64,000 nt of DNA from contig CAVWVQ010000001.1 of NCBI GenBank assembly GCA_963758525.1, positions 224,001 through 288,000 of the forward strand, read 5' to 3'. Made by a program: the position numbers and the translations under genes. The DNA is from an uncultured Phycisphaerales bacterium (GTDB lineage Bacteria; Planctomycetota; Phycisphaerae; Tepidisphaerales; Tepidisphaeraceae). This document shows, one piece after another, positions 47,634 through 57,597 of this stretch (its first letter is position 1; the number at the start of each line of letters is the position of its first letter). Below the pieces are notes generated by a model. It was not told the DNA's origin and searched no databases. It saw nothing but the letters and a program-made list of their open reading frames with translations.

Positions 47634-50600
47634 CTACACGTTGGGAGTTTGCGCCTGGCGCGTGCTGAGCGATGCCTGCAGGCGCGCGAGCCAGTCTTTG
47701 TTCAAGAGCGCATAGGGCCGGAACTTCTCCATGGTGCCCTGTTCTTCGCTGTAAGCAAGGGCGCGGTAGGCGCCGAGCTTGTTGCCGGCGGGGCTGTCGA
47801 TCAGGGCGCCCGAATCGTTGGCACTCATCTGGAACAGCACGCGGTGATCGAACTCGCGCATGATGCCGCGCTCGAATGTCCGGTCGATCGACACCGGCGT
47901 ATCGACCCAGATCAGGACATGCATCCCGTAAGTCGGGCCTTCGCGAATCACGTCGCTGAAAATTTTGTCTGGCGCGGCGGGCTTGTCGGGATCGGCGGCA
48001 GAGAAGCTGAAACCTGCGTCTTCGGTCTTTCGTAGAACGCGATAGCGCTGCAGCCCGTAGACGATTACGAAAACAAACGGGGCGGCGGTGAGGCCTTCAT
48101 CCTGCCGGCGCTTCAGTTCGACGCCAAGCTCGTTCATCGCTTCCCCGGCAAGGCGATACTCTACAAGCTTTATCTGGTGCGGCAGGGCTTCCTTCACTTT
48201 GGCGAAGACCTGCGCCAGCGGGGAATCAGCGGGGGTTCCATCAAAGATGACGAAACTTGCGGCCGAGGGCGGAAGCTGCAGCGTGAGGCTTGCGATGGAC
48301 GCGGCCATCAGGGCCATCGATCCCTCTTCGGCCTGACCGACGAGCATGGCGTTGGAGCCGCTTTGACGTCGGAAGGTGAGGGCGGTGGGATCCTTGATGG
48401 CAACCGGATCGCCCAGCCACGCCAGGGGGACGTTACCGGTTGGCGGCCAGACGGGGGAGGCGATGAGGGACTCCATCACGCGATTTTTGGTGATGTCGGC
48501 CGGGGCGTTTCCTTCGAAGACCAGCGGCTCGGGCTGCGAGACGCCCGCCTTTTTCGAAAGAGCCTGCACCTTGTCGAGGTAGCTATCCTTCTTTTCATCG
48601 GAGAGATAGGCGATTTGAAAAGGACTGTTGTTTTCGACGAGCCCGCCGGCGTCGTTGTAGATCGCTTCGCCGGGACGCGTGAGAAGCCGCGCGGCGGAGT
48701 TGTTGTCGCCGAGAATCAGTTGCGAGTCGGCTTCGGAGAGCTGCAGCGCGATGCGAACCGCCATCTGCCCCAGCGTGCTGCGGGAGAGCCCGCCCGCGCC
48801 GCCGATGGTTTGCGATCCGAGCAGGACGTGCATTCCGAAGGCACGGCCCTGCCGCACCAGGCGTTCGATGAGCAGATTCGAATCCTGCGAGAGCTTGTCA
48901 TCTTCGGAGAAGAATTCCTGGAATTCGTCCACCATCAGCAGCGTTCGCGGCATTTTTTCGGAGTCGGGTGTCTTGCGATAGGAGCTGAGGTCCTGCACTC
49001 CGGCTTTGCGAAAAAGATTGCCGCGGCGAGTCAGTTCCGCGTCGAGGCGCTGCAGCACGCTGATGCCAAACTCGCGGTCGCTCTCCACGGCGATCACCCG
49101 CGCATGGGGCAGTTCGTGGGTGGCGTACGTTTTGAACTCGACGCCCTTCTTGAAGTCGATCAGGTAAAACTCGACCTCGTCGGGGTTGTACCACATCGCG
49201 AGGTTGGTGATCATCGCGTGCAGCAGCGTTGATTTGCCCGAGCCGGTCTTGCCCGCGATCAGCGCGTGCTGGGCGACGCCTTTGCCCAGGCGAAGCATCT
49301 GCAGGCGGGTTGCGCCCATGCGCCCGATGGGAACCCGCAGCTCGTCGCGGGTGCTGAGCGTCCAGAATTCCTCGGGCTTGGGCGCGATGGTCTCAAACGC
49401 GAGCTCGACGCGCTTCGATTCCTTGGCGAGCTTGCCCACTTCATTGAGGATCTTGGTGAGAAACTCTTCGCTGGGGGGCGGATCGAGCGTCAGCGGGAAC
49501 TGGCTGAAGACCTCGTCCTTCCAGATAAACCGCGCCGGCGTTCCCGCCGGCGCCTCCGGCGCTTGGGCGCCTCGACGATGCTGATGCTCCGCGACTCCAC
49601 GTCGTCCATGTGCGTCCCGGCGGGCAATGCCACGCGCATGTCGCGCATCATGAGGATGAAGACGCCGCAGCGGGCCCCGCTGCTGGCGATGCTGTTGAGC
49701 CGGCGATAACTCTCCCCCTCGAACCGCACGGGAAAATCCGCGATCACCAGATACCGATACGGCTCGGCAAGCTCGCCGGCCTGCGCGTTGTATTCGTCGA
49801 TCGTTTCGTATTCGTTTCGCAGGTATTTCTGAATGACCGTTTCCATGTGCTCGGTCAGATCGCCCAGCCGCTGCTCGATCTGCTCGGCATCGGTCCAGAT
49901 GCGGGTGCCGACCAGCGCCTCGTCGTAATCGGCAAGATGCATGAAGCCCGCGAAATTTTCGCCCAGCCCCACAGGATCGATGATGGTGAACTGCACGCGA
50001 CCCGGCGGCACCGTGGTCAGCAGGCGCACCATCACCATCTGCAGCGCCCGCACGGCTTCGTCACGCCCGCCGCGCGATGCTTCGATCAGCAGCGATGCGT
50101 GATTGGGATACGTGAGCAGCGCCGGCAGAATGAACGACTCGGGCAGCGGCAGCGTGAACTGCGAATCGCGCGGCAACGTGTCGATGATCTTCTTCGGATC
50201 GACGTGCAGTTCGCCAAAGCGGACGGCCGGAGGAAAAAGCCTGGGGGCTTTCCAGTTTTGCCAGATCCGATCGTCCCAGCCGGGAAAGCTGGGCGTGCCT
50301 TGCGATTCACCCATGGGGGCGTTGATGCGCGTCAGGCCCTGCGACCACTTCTCTTCCAAAGCTTTGCGAGCATCGGCGAATTGCTGCTGCGACTTGCAGA
50401 CCTGCTCGTCATACCTGGCCTTGTGCGCCGCGATTTCCTGCCGCTGGCGCTCGGCAAGATCGGCGGTTTCCTGCTCGATGGTCTTGCGCGCCTCGGCGCG
50501 GGCCCGTTGGATGTTCCCGCTGATTCGGGCAAGCTTCGCCTGCACCTGCGAATCAATCGACGCGATGTCCGCCGCCCGCTGCTTTTCCGTGTTCGCCAAA

Positions 50601-51605
50601 ACCGGGGCAATCTTCTCCTTGGCTTTGGCGACCTCGGCATTGCGCTTTTGCGTGGCCTCTTCGAGGTTCCGGCTCTGCTCGGCGTTGATCCGCTCGAGCC
50701 GCAAGGCGGCGGCCTTCTGGGCGACCGCCTTGGCATTGAGAAATTCCAGATATGTTTTGCGCGACTGCTTGCTCCCAAGCGAGAACATGAGAAATCCGAG
50801 TATCGCGCCCAGGACGATCGCGATGGCAATTGCCGTACACGCCCCGGTGATGTCGTCGTAGAGATATCCGCCGATCCCGGCAAGGACCAGGAACAACCCC
50901 AGCGCGAGGTAGGGCCACGCACCGACGAAAAAGCTCGGCAGTGTTAGCTTGCGCAAATCCGCAACATATTGCTCGGTGACTACCGCCGCGTGCGTGAATA
51001 CCGTTTCCACATCCCCCGGCACCGGCGGGTCAACTTCCGGGGCCTCGGGAACCTTGTGGTGGTATCGTTCCAGCAGCGCCTCGGGCGCGACTTTCCATCT
51101 CCGCGAGCGTGTCCAGGAGCTTGTCGTTCTCCGCCTTGGCCTTCTTCAGATTGGCCTTGACCTGATTCTGGCTGACCTCGAAAACGCTGTCAGCCAGCCA
51201 GATGTCCTGGTTGAGCTTTTCCTTGATCTTGCGGACGATCGGATCGTGACCCGCCTGCACTTTCTGACGGGAGTTCTCCTCCGCATTCCGCAGCGCCGCG
51301 GAGTCTGACTGGTGCTTTGCCTCGACCGCGCCGAGGCTGGCCTGATGCTGCTGCGCAAGCTCGCTGGTTTCTGCCTGCTGACGCTGCTGGATCTGGTTGA
51401 GGCCCTTGTCGAACTGTCTTTTGGCAGTCTCCAGCTCGGTCTGACGCCGGCGAGCGATCTCCGATTCTTCCGCCGCACATTGCGTCGCCAGCTCAACCAG
51501 CTCCCGCAGCGCCTCGCGCTGGCGATCGCGATGCGTGGGGGCTTCGCCTTCCGGAGAGCCGTTGGTTTCCATTTCATTGCGAACTTGAGTCGTCATGTTC
51601 ATCAT
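47634..51605 (-). CDS. FtsK/SpoIIIE (EssC/EccC-like) membrane ATPase, split by frameshifts at ~51040 and ~49550
   Basis: Coiled-coil N-terminus, 2 TMs, three FtsK-like domains; HALIAGKTGSGKS, LIDFKKG, VDEFQE, QGRAFGMHVLLGSQ. Confidence 0.85.
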
Positions 51606-51826
51606 CCTGCGTCGTCGCTGCAGTCCCGCCGCACGGTGGTCAGGATCTGGGCCATCGTGTCCATCGCGGAAGTGGCGGCGCGAACATCCATTTCCAACGC
51701 GACCAGAAATCGCTTCTCAAAATTCTGACTCACCGAATCGTCCCAATCCCCCTTGGTTTCCGCCCAGCACGCCAACAGCTCTTTCGTGGCCTTGGCAAGT
51801 TGCCCGCGTCCTTCGTAAACACCCAT
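51602..51826 (-). CDS. small WXG100-like helical protein
   Basis: Helix-WDD-helix (TKGDWDDSVSQNFE). Confidence 0.65.
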   Translation of the reverse strand: MGVYEGRGQLAKATKELLACWAETKGDWDDSVSQNFEKRFLVALEMDVRAATSAMDTMAQILTTVRRDCSDDAG

Positions 51827-51915
51827 GAGACACCGTCCTCACTCGTTCATCTTTGTGGTGCGGGCTTCCAGCCTGCATCAGGGACTAGCAGGCAGAAAGC
51901 CTCCATCATAAATAC

Positions 51916-53061
51916 TCATTGCCCGCCGGGAGAAGGAACCAGAACTTGAGCATGGGCCGCCTCCCCGGAAGTTGTGCCCTCGGCCGTGGGCGCGGCGCTA
52001 TCGGTCGCTTGCGCCGGCGCTGCTCCCGCCGGCGCGGCCGGCTTCCAAAGGTCCTCGTCGCGCGGGCCGAGGACGGCGACCACGCCGCCTCCGTCGAGCA
52101 CCACGAGAAATCCCTTTGGGAAAGCGAGCACGTCGGCAAGGTCGGGCCGTGGCGTAAGCAAATCCGACACGTTTAAACCGCCGCCGGCCGCAAAAATCCC
52201 ATCATCGGCGCGGCCCAGATACCAGCCGCTGTCTCCCGGAAACGCGATATCGAGTCGTTCGAGATAAATCCGGCTGGCAGTGTCGAGGTCCTTCGCCACC
52301 ACAATCTTGGCCTGCGGATCGGCAGGAGTTACTTCCGTCGACAGCTTGCGCAGTGAGTCCAGCTCAACGTTGGACAGACGCGCAGCCCGCAGTTGCACGG
52401 CCGAAGGATTGGAAGACGCGGCGCTGCGGCCCGCGCCGTCGGGAGTGCGGGAGCGCAGATGTGCCCATTGGCTGCGCCCTGCGCCGGCGTCGCCGCCGCC
52501 GCGAGACATCGACAGCTCGGCGCCGATGGCCGAACTCACGAGCCTTTCGCTGTCACCGACGCCCGCGACGCTCGGCGCGGAGACCGCGGCATACGCCTCG
52601 AGCATCGCGATGATCCGGCTCAACTGCGCCCCGGCCGTCGGCACTTCCGATTGCAGCGCCGTCGCAAGCCGTTGCGCCTGGCCCTTGTAGAGCAGAATGT
52701 CCTTGGGAAGCTTGCGGCTGTGCGACATCACCAGCTTGCATTTTTCCTCCCCCTGCGCGAGCCGCCTCAAGGCAACCACCAACGCCTTCTCTTCGTCCAC
52801 CGCCGATCCCGGGCGTCCGTCGGCGCCCTTGAAAAGCTTCTTCATCCGCACGGCTTCCTTGGCGCGCGTGACCTCTTCCTGCCGCTTGCGCATCTGAAAC
52901 GTCCAGTAGCTTTGCTGATCGCGCTCGAGCCATCCCATAATGCGCGACATCTCCCCCTCGGCGTCGGCCAGCGCCACGTCCGCCGTCTCGGCAAATTTAT
53001 AGAGTGCTGTCCGAAATGCCCGAAGGGCATCAAACGAACCCACTTTCGCGCCAACGGCCAT
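51916..53061 (-). CDS. helical-hairpin (WXG100-like) protein with C-terminal Imm33/DUF2185-like domain
   Basis: N-terminal coiled helices; C-terminal DSGWYLG..LLTPRPDLADVLAFPKGF. Confidence 0.6.
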   Translation of the reverse strand: MAVGAKVGSFDALRAFRTALYKFAETADVALADAEGEMSRIMGWLERDQQSYWTFQMRKRQEEVTRAKEAVRMKKLFKGADGRPGSAVDEEKALVVALRRLAQGEEKCKLVMSHSRKLPKDILLYKGQAQRLATALQSEVPTAGAQLSRIIAMLEAYAAVSAPSVAGVGDSERLVSSAIGAELSMSRGGGDAGAGRSQWAHLRSRTPDGAGRSAASSNPSAVQLRAARLSNVELDSLRKLSTEVTPADPQAKIVVAKDLDTASRIYLERLDIAFPGDSGWYLGRADDGIFAAGGGLNVSDLLTPRPDLADVLAFPKGFLVVLDGGGVVAVLGPRDEDLWKPAAPAGAAPAQATDSAAPTAEGTTSGEAAHAQVLVPSPGGQ

Positions 53062-53069
53062 AATCTGCC

Positions 53070-53342
53070 CTACCGCTGCTTAAGGTAATCTTCGATCAAC
53101 CCGGCCTTCTTGGCGAGGCTTGACGCATGCTGGTGCGACGCCTCGATAAAGGTCCCCAGAGTCTTCATCGTCTGGTCGAAGAACTCGGAAAACTTCCGCT
53201 GCTCCTGGTCGCGCCATGTGCTCTCGAGCGAGCGCATGCGGGAGTTGAGCCCGCCGACCAGCGACTGCAACTCGGTGTTGAAACGATTCAGATCCTGCGC
53301 GAAACGCCGAAGCTCCGCCGGATCGACATGCGCTTTGCCCAT
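53070..53342 (-). CDS. WXG100 family protein
   Basis: AHVDPAELRRFA, central TWRD turn, C-terminal IEDYL; 90 aa. Confidence 0.85.
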   Translation of the reverse strand: MGKAHVDPAELRRFAQDLNRFNTELQSLVGGLNSRMRSLESTWRDQEQRKFSEFFDQTMKTLGTFIEASHQHASSLAKKAGLIEDYLKQR

Positions 53343-53728
53343 AACCACTCCAATCGTTCAGCCGCCAACGAGCGAACCGCCATCGCGGGTGCTCCATAAG
53401 TATACCCATGCAGGCTCGCTTGCGAAGGTAAATTGAATGTCGGAACAGGATAATCTTTGCGACAGCCCTGGGTATGAGCAGCTTCCATGAGGTTGCGCCT
53501 GCCATCTGGTGGCATGCGTCACATGTGGACGTCTCGTTTTAAAGCAGAAATGTCCAAGGCCCAATGGCCAACAGAGCACCAGACCCCAAGGCCCAAGGTC
53601 GGCTCTCCCTTTGGTCATGGCGGCTTGGGATTTTGTTGGCCATTGGGCATTGGGCATTTCTTCGTCTTCGTCGTCTGGTAACCCCGGCAGTTTCTTTGCA
53701 GAGTCGTTCGCGATTATGATCCCCCGCA

Positions 53729-54696
53729 ATGACCCAGGGGCCCCAGCCGAGCGAATTGCTTGCACTTGACGGCATCTACGTTGCGTTTCCGAATCTGGTG
53801 GCCGTGCGGAATGTGTCATTCGCTCTGCATGGGGGCGAACTGCTGGGATTGATTGGCGCCAACGGGGCGGGCAAGACGACGCTGCTGCGTGCCGCTGCGG
53901 CGATTCAGCCGGTCGCGCGCGGAGCGGTCCGCGTTCTCGGCGAGCGTCTGGTCACCGCCGACAGCGAATTGCGACATCACCTGGGTTTCACGCCCGACAC
54001 CCCGCCGCTGTACGAGGCGCTGACCGTGCGCGATTTCCTCATGTTCATCGCCATGGGGTACAACCTCTCCACCGCCGAGGCGAACGAACGGATCGACTTC
54101 TGGCTGGAAAAAGTCTGGCTCACGGAGAAGGCGGGGCAGAAGATTTCCGGACTGTCGCGCGGCATGCGCCAACGCGTCGGGCTGGCGCGCACCCTACTCC
54201 CCAATCCGCACGTCGTTCTGCTCGACGAGCCGGCGGCGGGACTCGATCCGGCCGGTCGCGTGCAATTCCGCGAATTGCTCCGCACGCTGCGCGAGCAGGG
54301 CAAGGCAATTATCGTTTCTTCGCACATTCTTTCGGACATGGCCGAGTATTGCACGCATATCGCGATCATGGCGAAGGGGTCGCTGGTGCAGTACGGGACC
54401 ATCAGTGAAATTACCGGCGCGCTCACGGCCGACAGCGGCGCGCGACGGCGTCGATATTTCCTTCAGCTTGCCTGTGGCGCGCCCGGGCGCGGGATATTTT
54501 GGCGGCGATGGAGGGCGTGGATCAAATCGACGCCAATCATCAATCGATCAGCTTTGACTTCAGCGCCGAGCCCCCGAAAGCGGCGGCGCTGCTGGGGCAA
54601 TTGATTGCCAGGGGGATGCCGATCGCGGCGTTCGCGCCTGCGTCGCATGATCTGGAAGCCGCGTATCTGCGAGCCGGCGTCGCACAGGTGGATTGA
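53729..54696 (+). CDS. ABC transporter ATP-binding protein (frameshift ~54480)
   Basis: GANGAGKTT, LSRGMRQR, LLDEPAAGLDP, SSH. Confidence 0.9.
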
Positions 54697-54714
54697 TCAG
54701 TCCGGGAGGTGTCC

Positions 54715-56166
54715 ATGTCACAGATGCTGGTGATCGACAATGCGATCGGGTGGGCTCATCTGCGTTTGCGGGGAGGATGGCGCAACCTGCTGGCCGTCGG
54801 CGGCGTTGCCGCGGCGCTCGCGGCGGCGCTGTGGCTGCTGGTCCCGCGCATCTTTGGCATATCGCAATGGAACTTTGCCACCGTCATGCTCAATGGAACG
54901 CTCGGGCTGGAAATACTTCTGTGGGTCATCCTGATCCCCCACCGCATTGGCGCGGCCGTCAAGGCAGACGTTGCCTCGCGGATGATGGAGTCGCATCGGC
55001 TCATGCCGATCACCGCAGTCGAGGCGATCGTCGGCTATCTGCTGGGGCCGCCCAGCGTGCTGCTGGCAACCGCGCTGGTGGCCGCCGCCGCGGGCGCGTT
55101 CGCGGCCGCGTCGCTGGGAATCGCAGTCGATCGTTATCTGCTGGCACTCTTTCTGATCGCATCCCTGGGAGGTCTGGTCGCAGTCGTCTCGCTCTTCTGC
55201 TCGTTCGTCGGAAAAATCGGCGCTGCGGTTGGCCTGATTATTTTCGTCCCGATGCTGTTTGCTCATCAGGTGATCGGGACGGTGCTTCCGCCGCTGGTGG
55301 TGCTCAGCGGGCCGTTCATGCGCAAGACCGTCTTCTCGATGCAGGCTGGCTCCGACCTGCTGCGTCCTTACGTCATCTGCGAAATCGCGCAGTTCTCCAT
55401 CGGCGCTCTCTTTTTCGCGGCCGCCGCCCGGCGCTACCGGCGGCCCGAGCGAGCCGGATTCACGCCGCTGATGGGACTGTTGCTGCTGCTCATCTGGCTG
55501 GCCATCTCATGGACGGGAATCGTGCACTGGTCGGAATTCGCCTGGCGACGCATGTATTTTGAGGAGGCCGACGCCATCGCCCAGTGGCTGGCCTGCGGCA
55601 TCTCAGGATTGATGCTCGCCCTGCTTCCGCTGGCCGCGACGGCACGACTCGAAAACGCCGCCGCTCTCGCGCGCAGGCTTCAAACCGCCGCCCCATCCCG
55701 GCGAACGGTCCCCGGCCCGCTGCTCGCGCTCCTCGCGGCGGCGGCAATCGCCGCCCTCCCGGTCTTGTGCTTGCACATCACTGCCTCCGACCGGCGCGTT
55801 CCAATGACATTCCTCATCTTCGCGGCATTCCTGCTGCAGATGTACTTTCTCCTTCGCATCACCACCCGTCTCGGTTCCGGTTCGATTCTGCTGACTGTTT
55901 GGGTTCTCATCGTCCTTGCCGGCCCGGTCATCGCGGGATTGATCGCCATCGCAATGGCCGACAATTCCCCCCGGCTCGACGAAGCCCTTCCCGGAGCGCT
56001 GTGCGCCGGCAGCCCACTCGGCGCATTGATCCAGCTATGGACCGGCGGGACCGCAAATCGGCAGCCTGGCATCGCTTTTCTGATTGCGCTGACCGTCGCA
56101 GCCGCGGGTTTGTTCCTGGGGAGTCTGCGAAAGAAACGGACGACCGCCCAAGCGCACGCAGCATAA
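54715..56166 (+). CDS. ABC-2-type permease / polytopic membrane protein
   Basis: About 12 TM helices; GGAGG RBS; follows the ABC ATPase. Confidence 0.7.
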   Translation: MSQMLVIDNAIGWAHLRLRGGWRNLLAVGGVAAALAAALWLLVPRIFGISQWNFATVMLNGTLGLEILLWVILIPHRIGAAVKADVASRMMESHRLMPITAVEAIVGYLLGPPSVLLATALVAAAAGAFAAASLGIAVDRYLLALFLIASLGGLVAVVSLFCSFVGKIGAAVGLIIFVPMLFAHQVIGTVLPPLVVLSGPFMRKTVFSMQAGSDLLRPYVICEIAQFSIGALFFAAAARRYRRPERAGFTPLMGLLLLLIWLAISWTGIVHWSEFAWRRMYFEEADAIAQWLACGISGLMLALLPLAATARLENAAALARRLQTAAPSRRTVPGPLLALLAAAAIAALPVLCLHITASDRRVPMTFLIFAAFLLQMYFLLRITTRLGSGSILLTVWVLIVLAGPVIAGLIAIAMADNSPRLDEALPGALCAGSPLGALIQLWTGGTANRQPGIAFLIALTVAAAGLFLGSLRKKRTTAQAHAA

Positions 56167-56249
56167 AGGTCCTTAGGTATATTCCGCCCGCGTCCCAATC
56201 CCGCTAAGCATTGGCCCCCGGCACTCTCCGATCGTATATTCCCCCACCT

Positions 56250-57343
56250 ATGGCACTGGAAGTCGGTATCGTCGGACTGCCCAACGTGGGCAAAAGCACC
56301 ATCTTTAACGCGCTCACCGCGGCCGGTGCGCTGGCGGCAAATTATCCGTTTGCAACCATCGAGCCCAACGTCGGCGTCGTGCCCGTCCCGGATGCACGAT
56401 TGAGCATCATCAACGAATTTCAGAAAACAGAGAAGATCATCCCGGCCGCGCTGCGCGTGGTGGATATTGCCGGCATCGTCCGCGGCGCCAGCACCGGGGA
56501 AGGACTGGGCAACAAGTTTCTCTCCCACATTCGCGAGGTCGATGCCGTTCTGCATGTCGTGCGCTGCTTCGCCGGCGGCGACGTCATTCATGTGGAAGGT
56601 TCCGTCGAGCCGATCCGCGACATCGAAACGATTGACACGGAGCTGATGCTCGCCGATCTGGAAACGGTGGAATCATCGCTGGATAAAGTGATCCGGCTCG
56701 CCAAGAGCGGAGACAAGGACGCGATCGTTCGCGCCGATATTCTCAAGCGGCGCAGTCGAGCCTCAATGCCGGCACGCCCGTTCGCGAACTCGAATTTTCT
56801 CCTGAAGAACGAAAGCTGCTTCGGCCGTTGGGTCTGATCACGGCAAAGAAAGTGCTGTACGTGGCGAATGTCGACGAGACAGATCTTCACGGTCAGGGGC
56901 CGCTCGTCGCCGCGGTCCGCGAACGAGCCGCCAAGGAAGGCGGCGGCGTGGTCCCGGTCTGCGGCAAGCTCGAGAGCGAGCTGGCCGAGCTGGACGCCGC
57001 CGATCGCGCCGAGATGCTCTCCAGCATGGGGCTGACGGAGCCCGCGCTGGCGGCGCTGGCCCGGGAGGCGTACCGCCTTCTCGGTTTGCACAGCTATTTC
57101 ACCGCCGGCCCCAAGGAAATCCGCGCCTGGACCATTCCGATCGGCGCCACCGCGCCGCAAGCCGCCGGCGTCATCCACACCGATTTTGAGCGCGGGTTCA
57201 TCCGCGCCGAAATCTACACGCTCGACGATCTGCGGCAATACAAGACCGAGGCGGCGATCAAAGCCGCCGGGAAGCTGCGGGCGGAAGGGAAGAGCTATGT
57301 GATGAAGGACGGGGATATCACGCATTTCCTTTTCAATGTCTGA
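56250..57343 (+). CDS. ychF: redox-regulated ATPase YchF (frameshifted ~56750-56830)
   Basis: [41 protein letters not shown]. Confidence 0.95.
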
Positions 57344-57413
57344 TGGAGATGGGGCAAGGAGTCAGAAGCCAGAAGTCAGAAGCAAGAAGGACAAAGGAAA
57401 GCCTTCTGTTGAT

Positions 57414-57487
57414 CGCAGCCGGCAGGATTCGAACCTGCGACCGGCGGATTAGAAATCCGCTGCTCTATCCAACTGAGCTACGGCTGC
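57414..57487 (-). tRNA. tRNA-Arg(TCT)
   Basis: Anticodon arm GCGGA-TTTCTAA-TCCGC; GGTTCGAATCC. Confidence 0.95.
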
Positions 57488-57597
57488 CGCGGGCCGGATT
57501 GTATTGAAATGGCAATACAGAGCCAGAAGCGCCAACTCGCCTGAGCTTCTGCGAGCACCACGCATCCGATCCAATTCTTGCTCCTGACTTCTCCCAG

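Noticed and set aside
57414..57487. tRNA-Arg (and tRNA-Thr/Trp) as an island integration site
   Set aside because: No duplicated tRNA 3' end or integrase seen in the window
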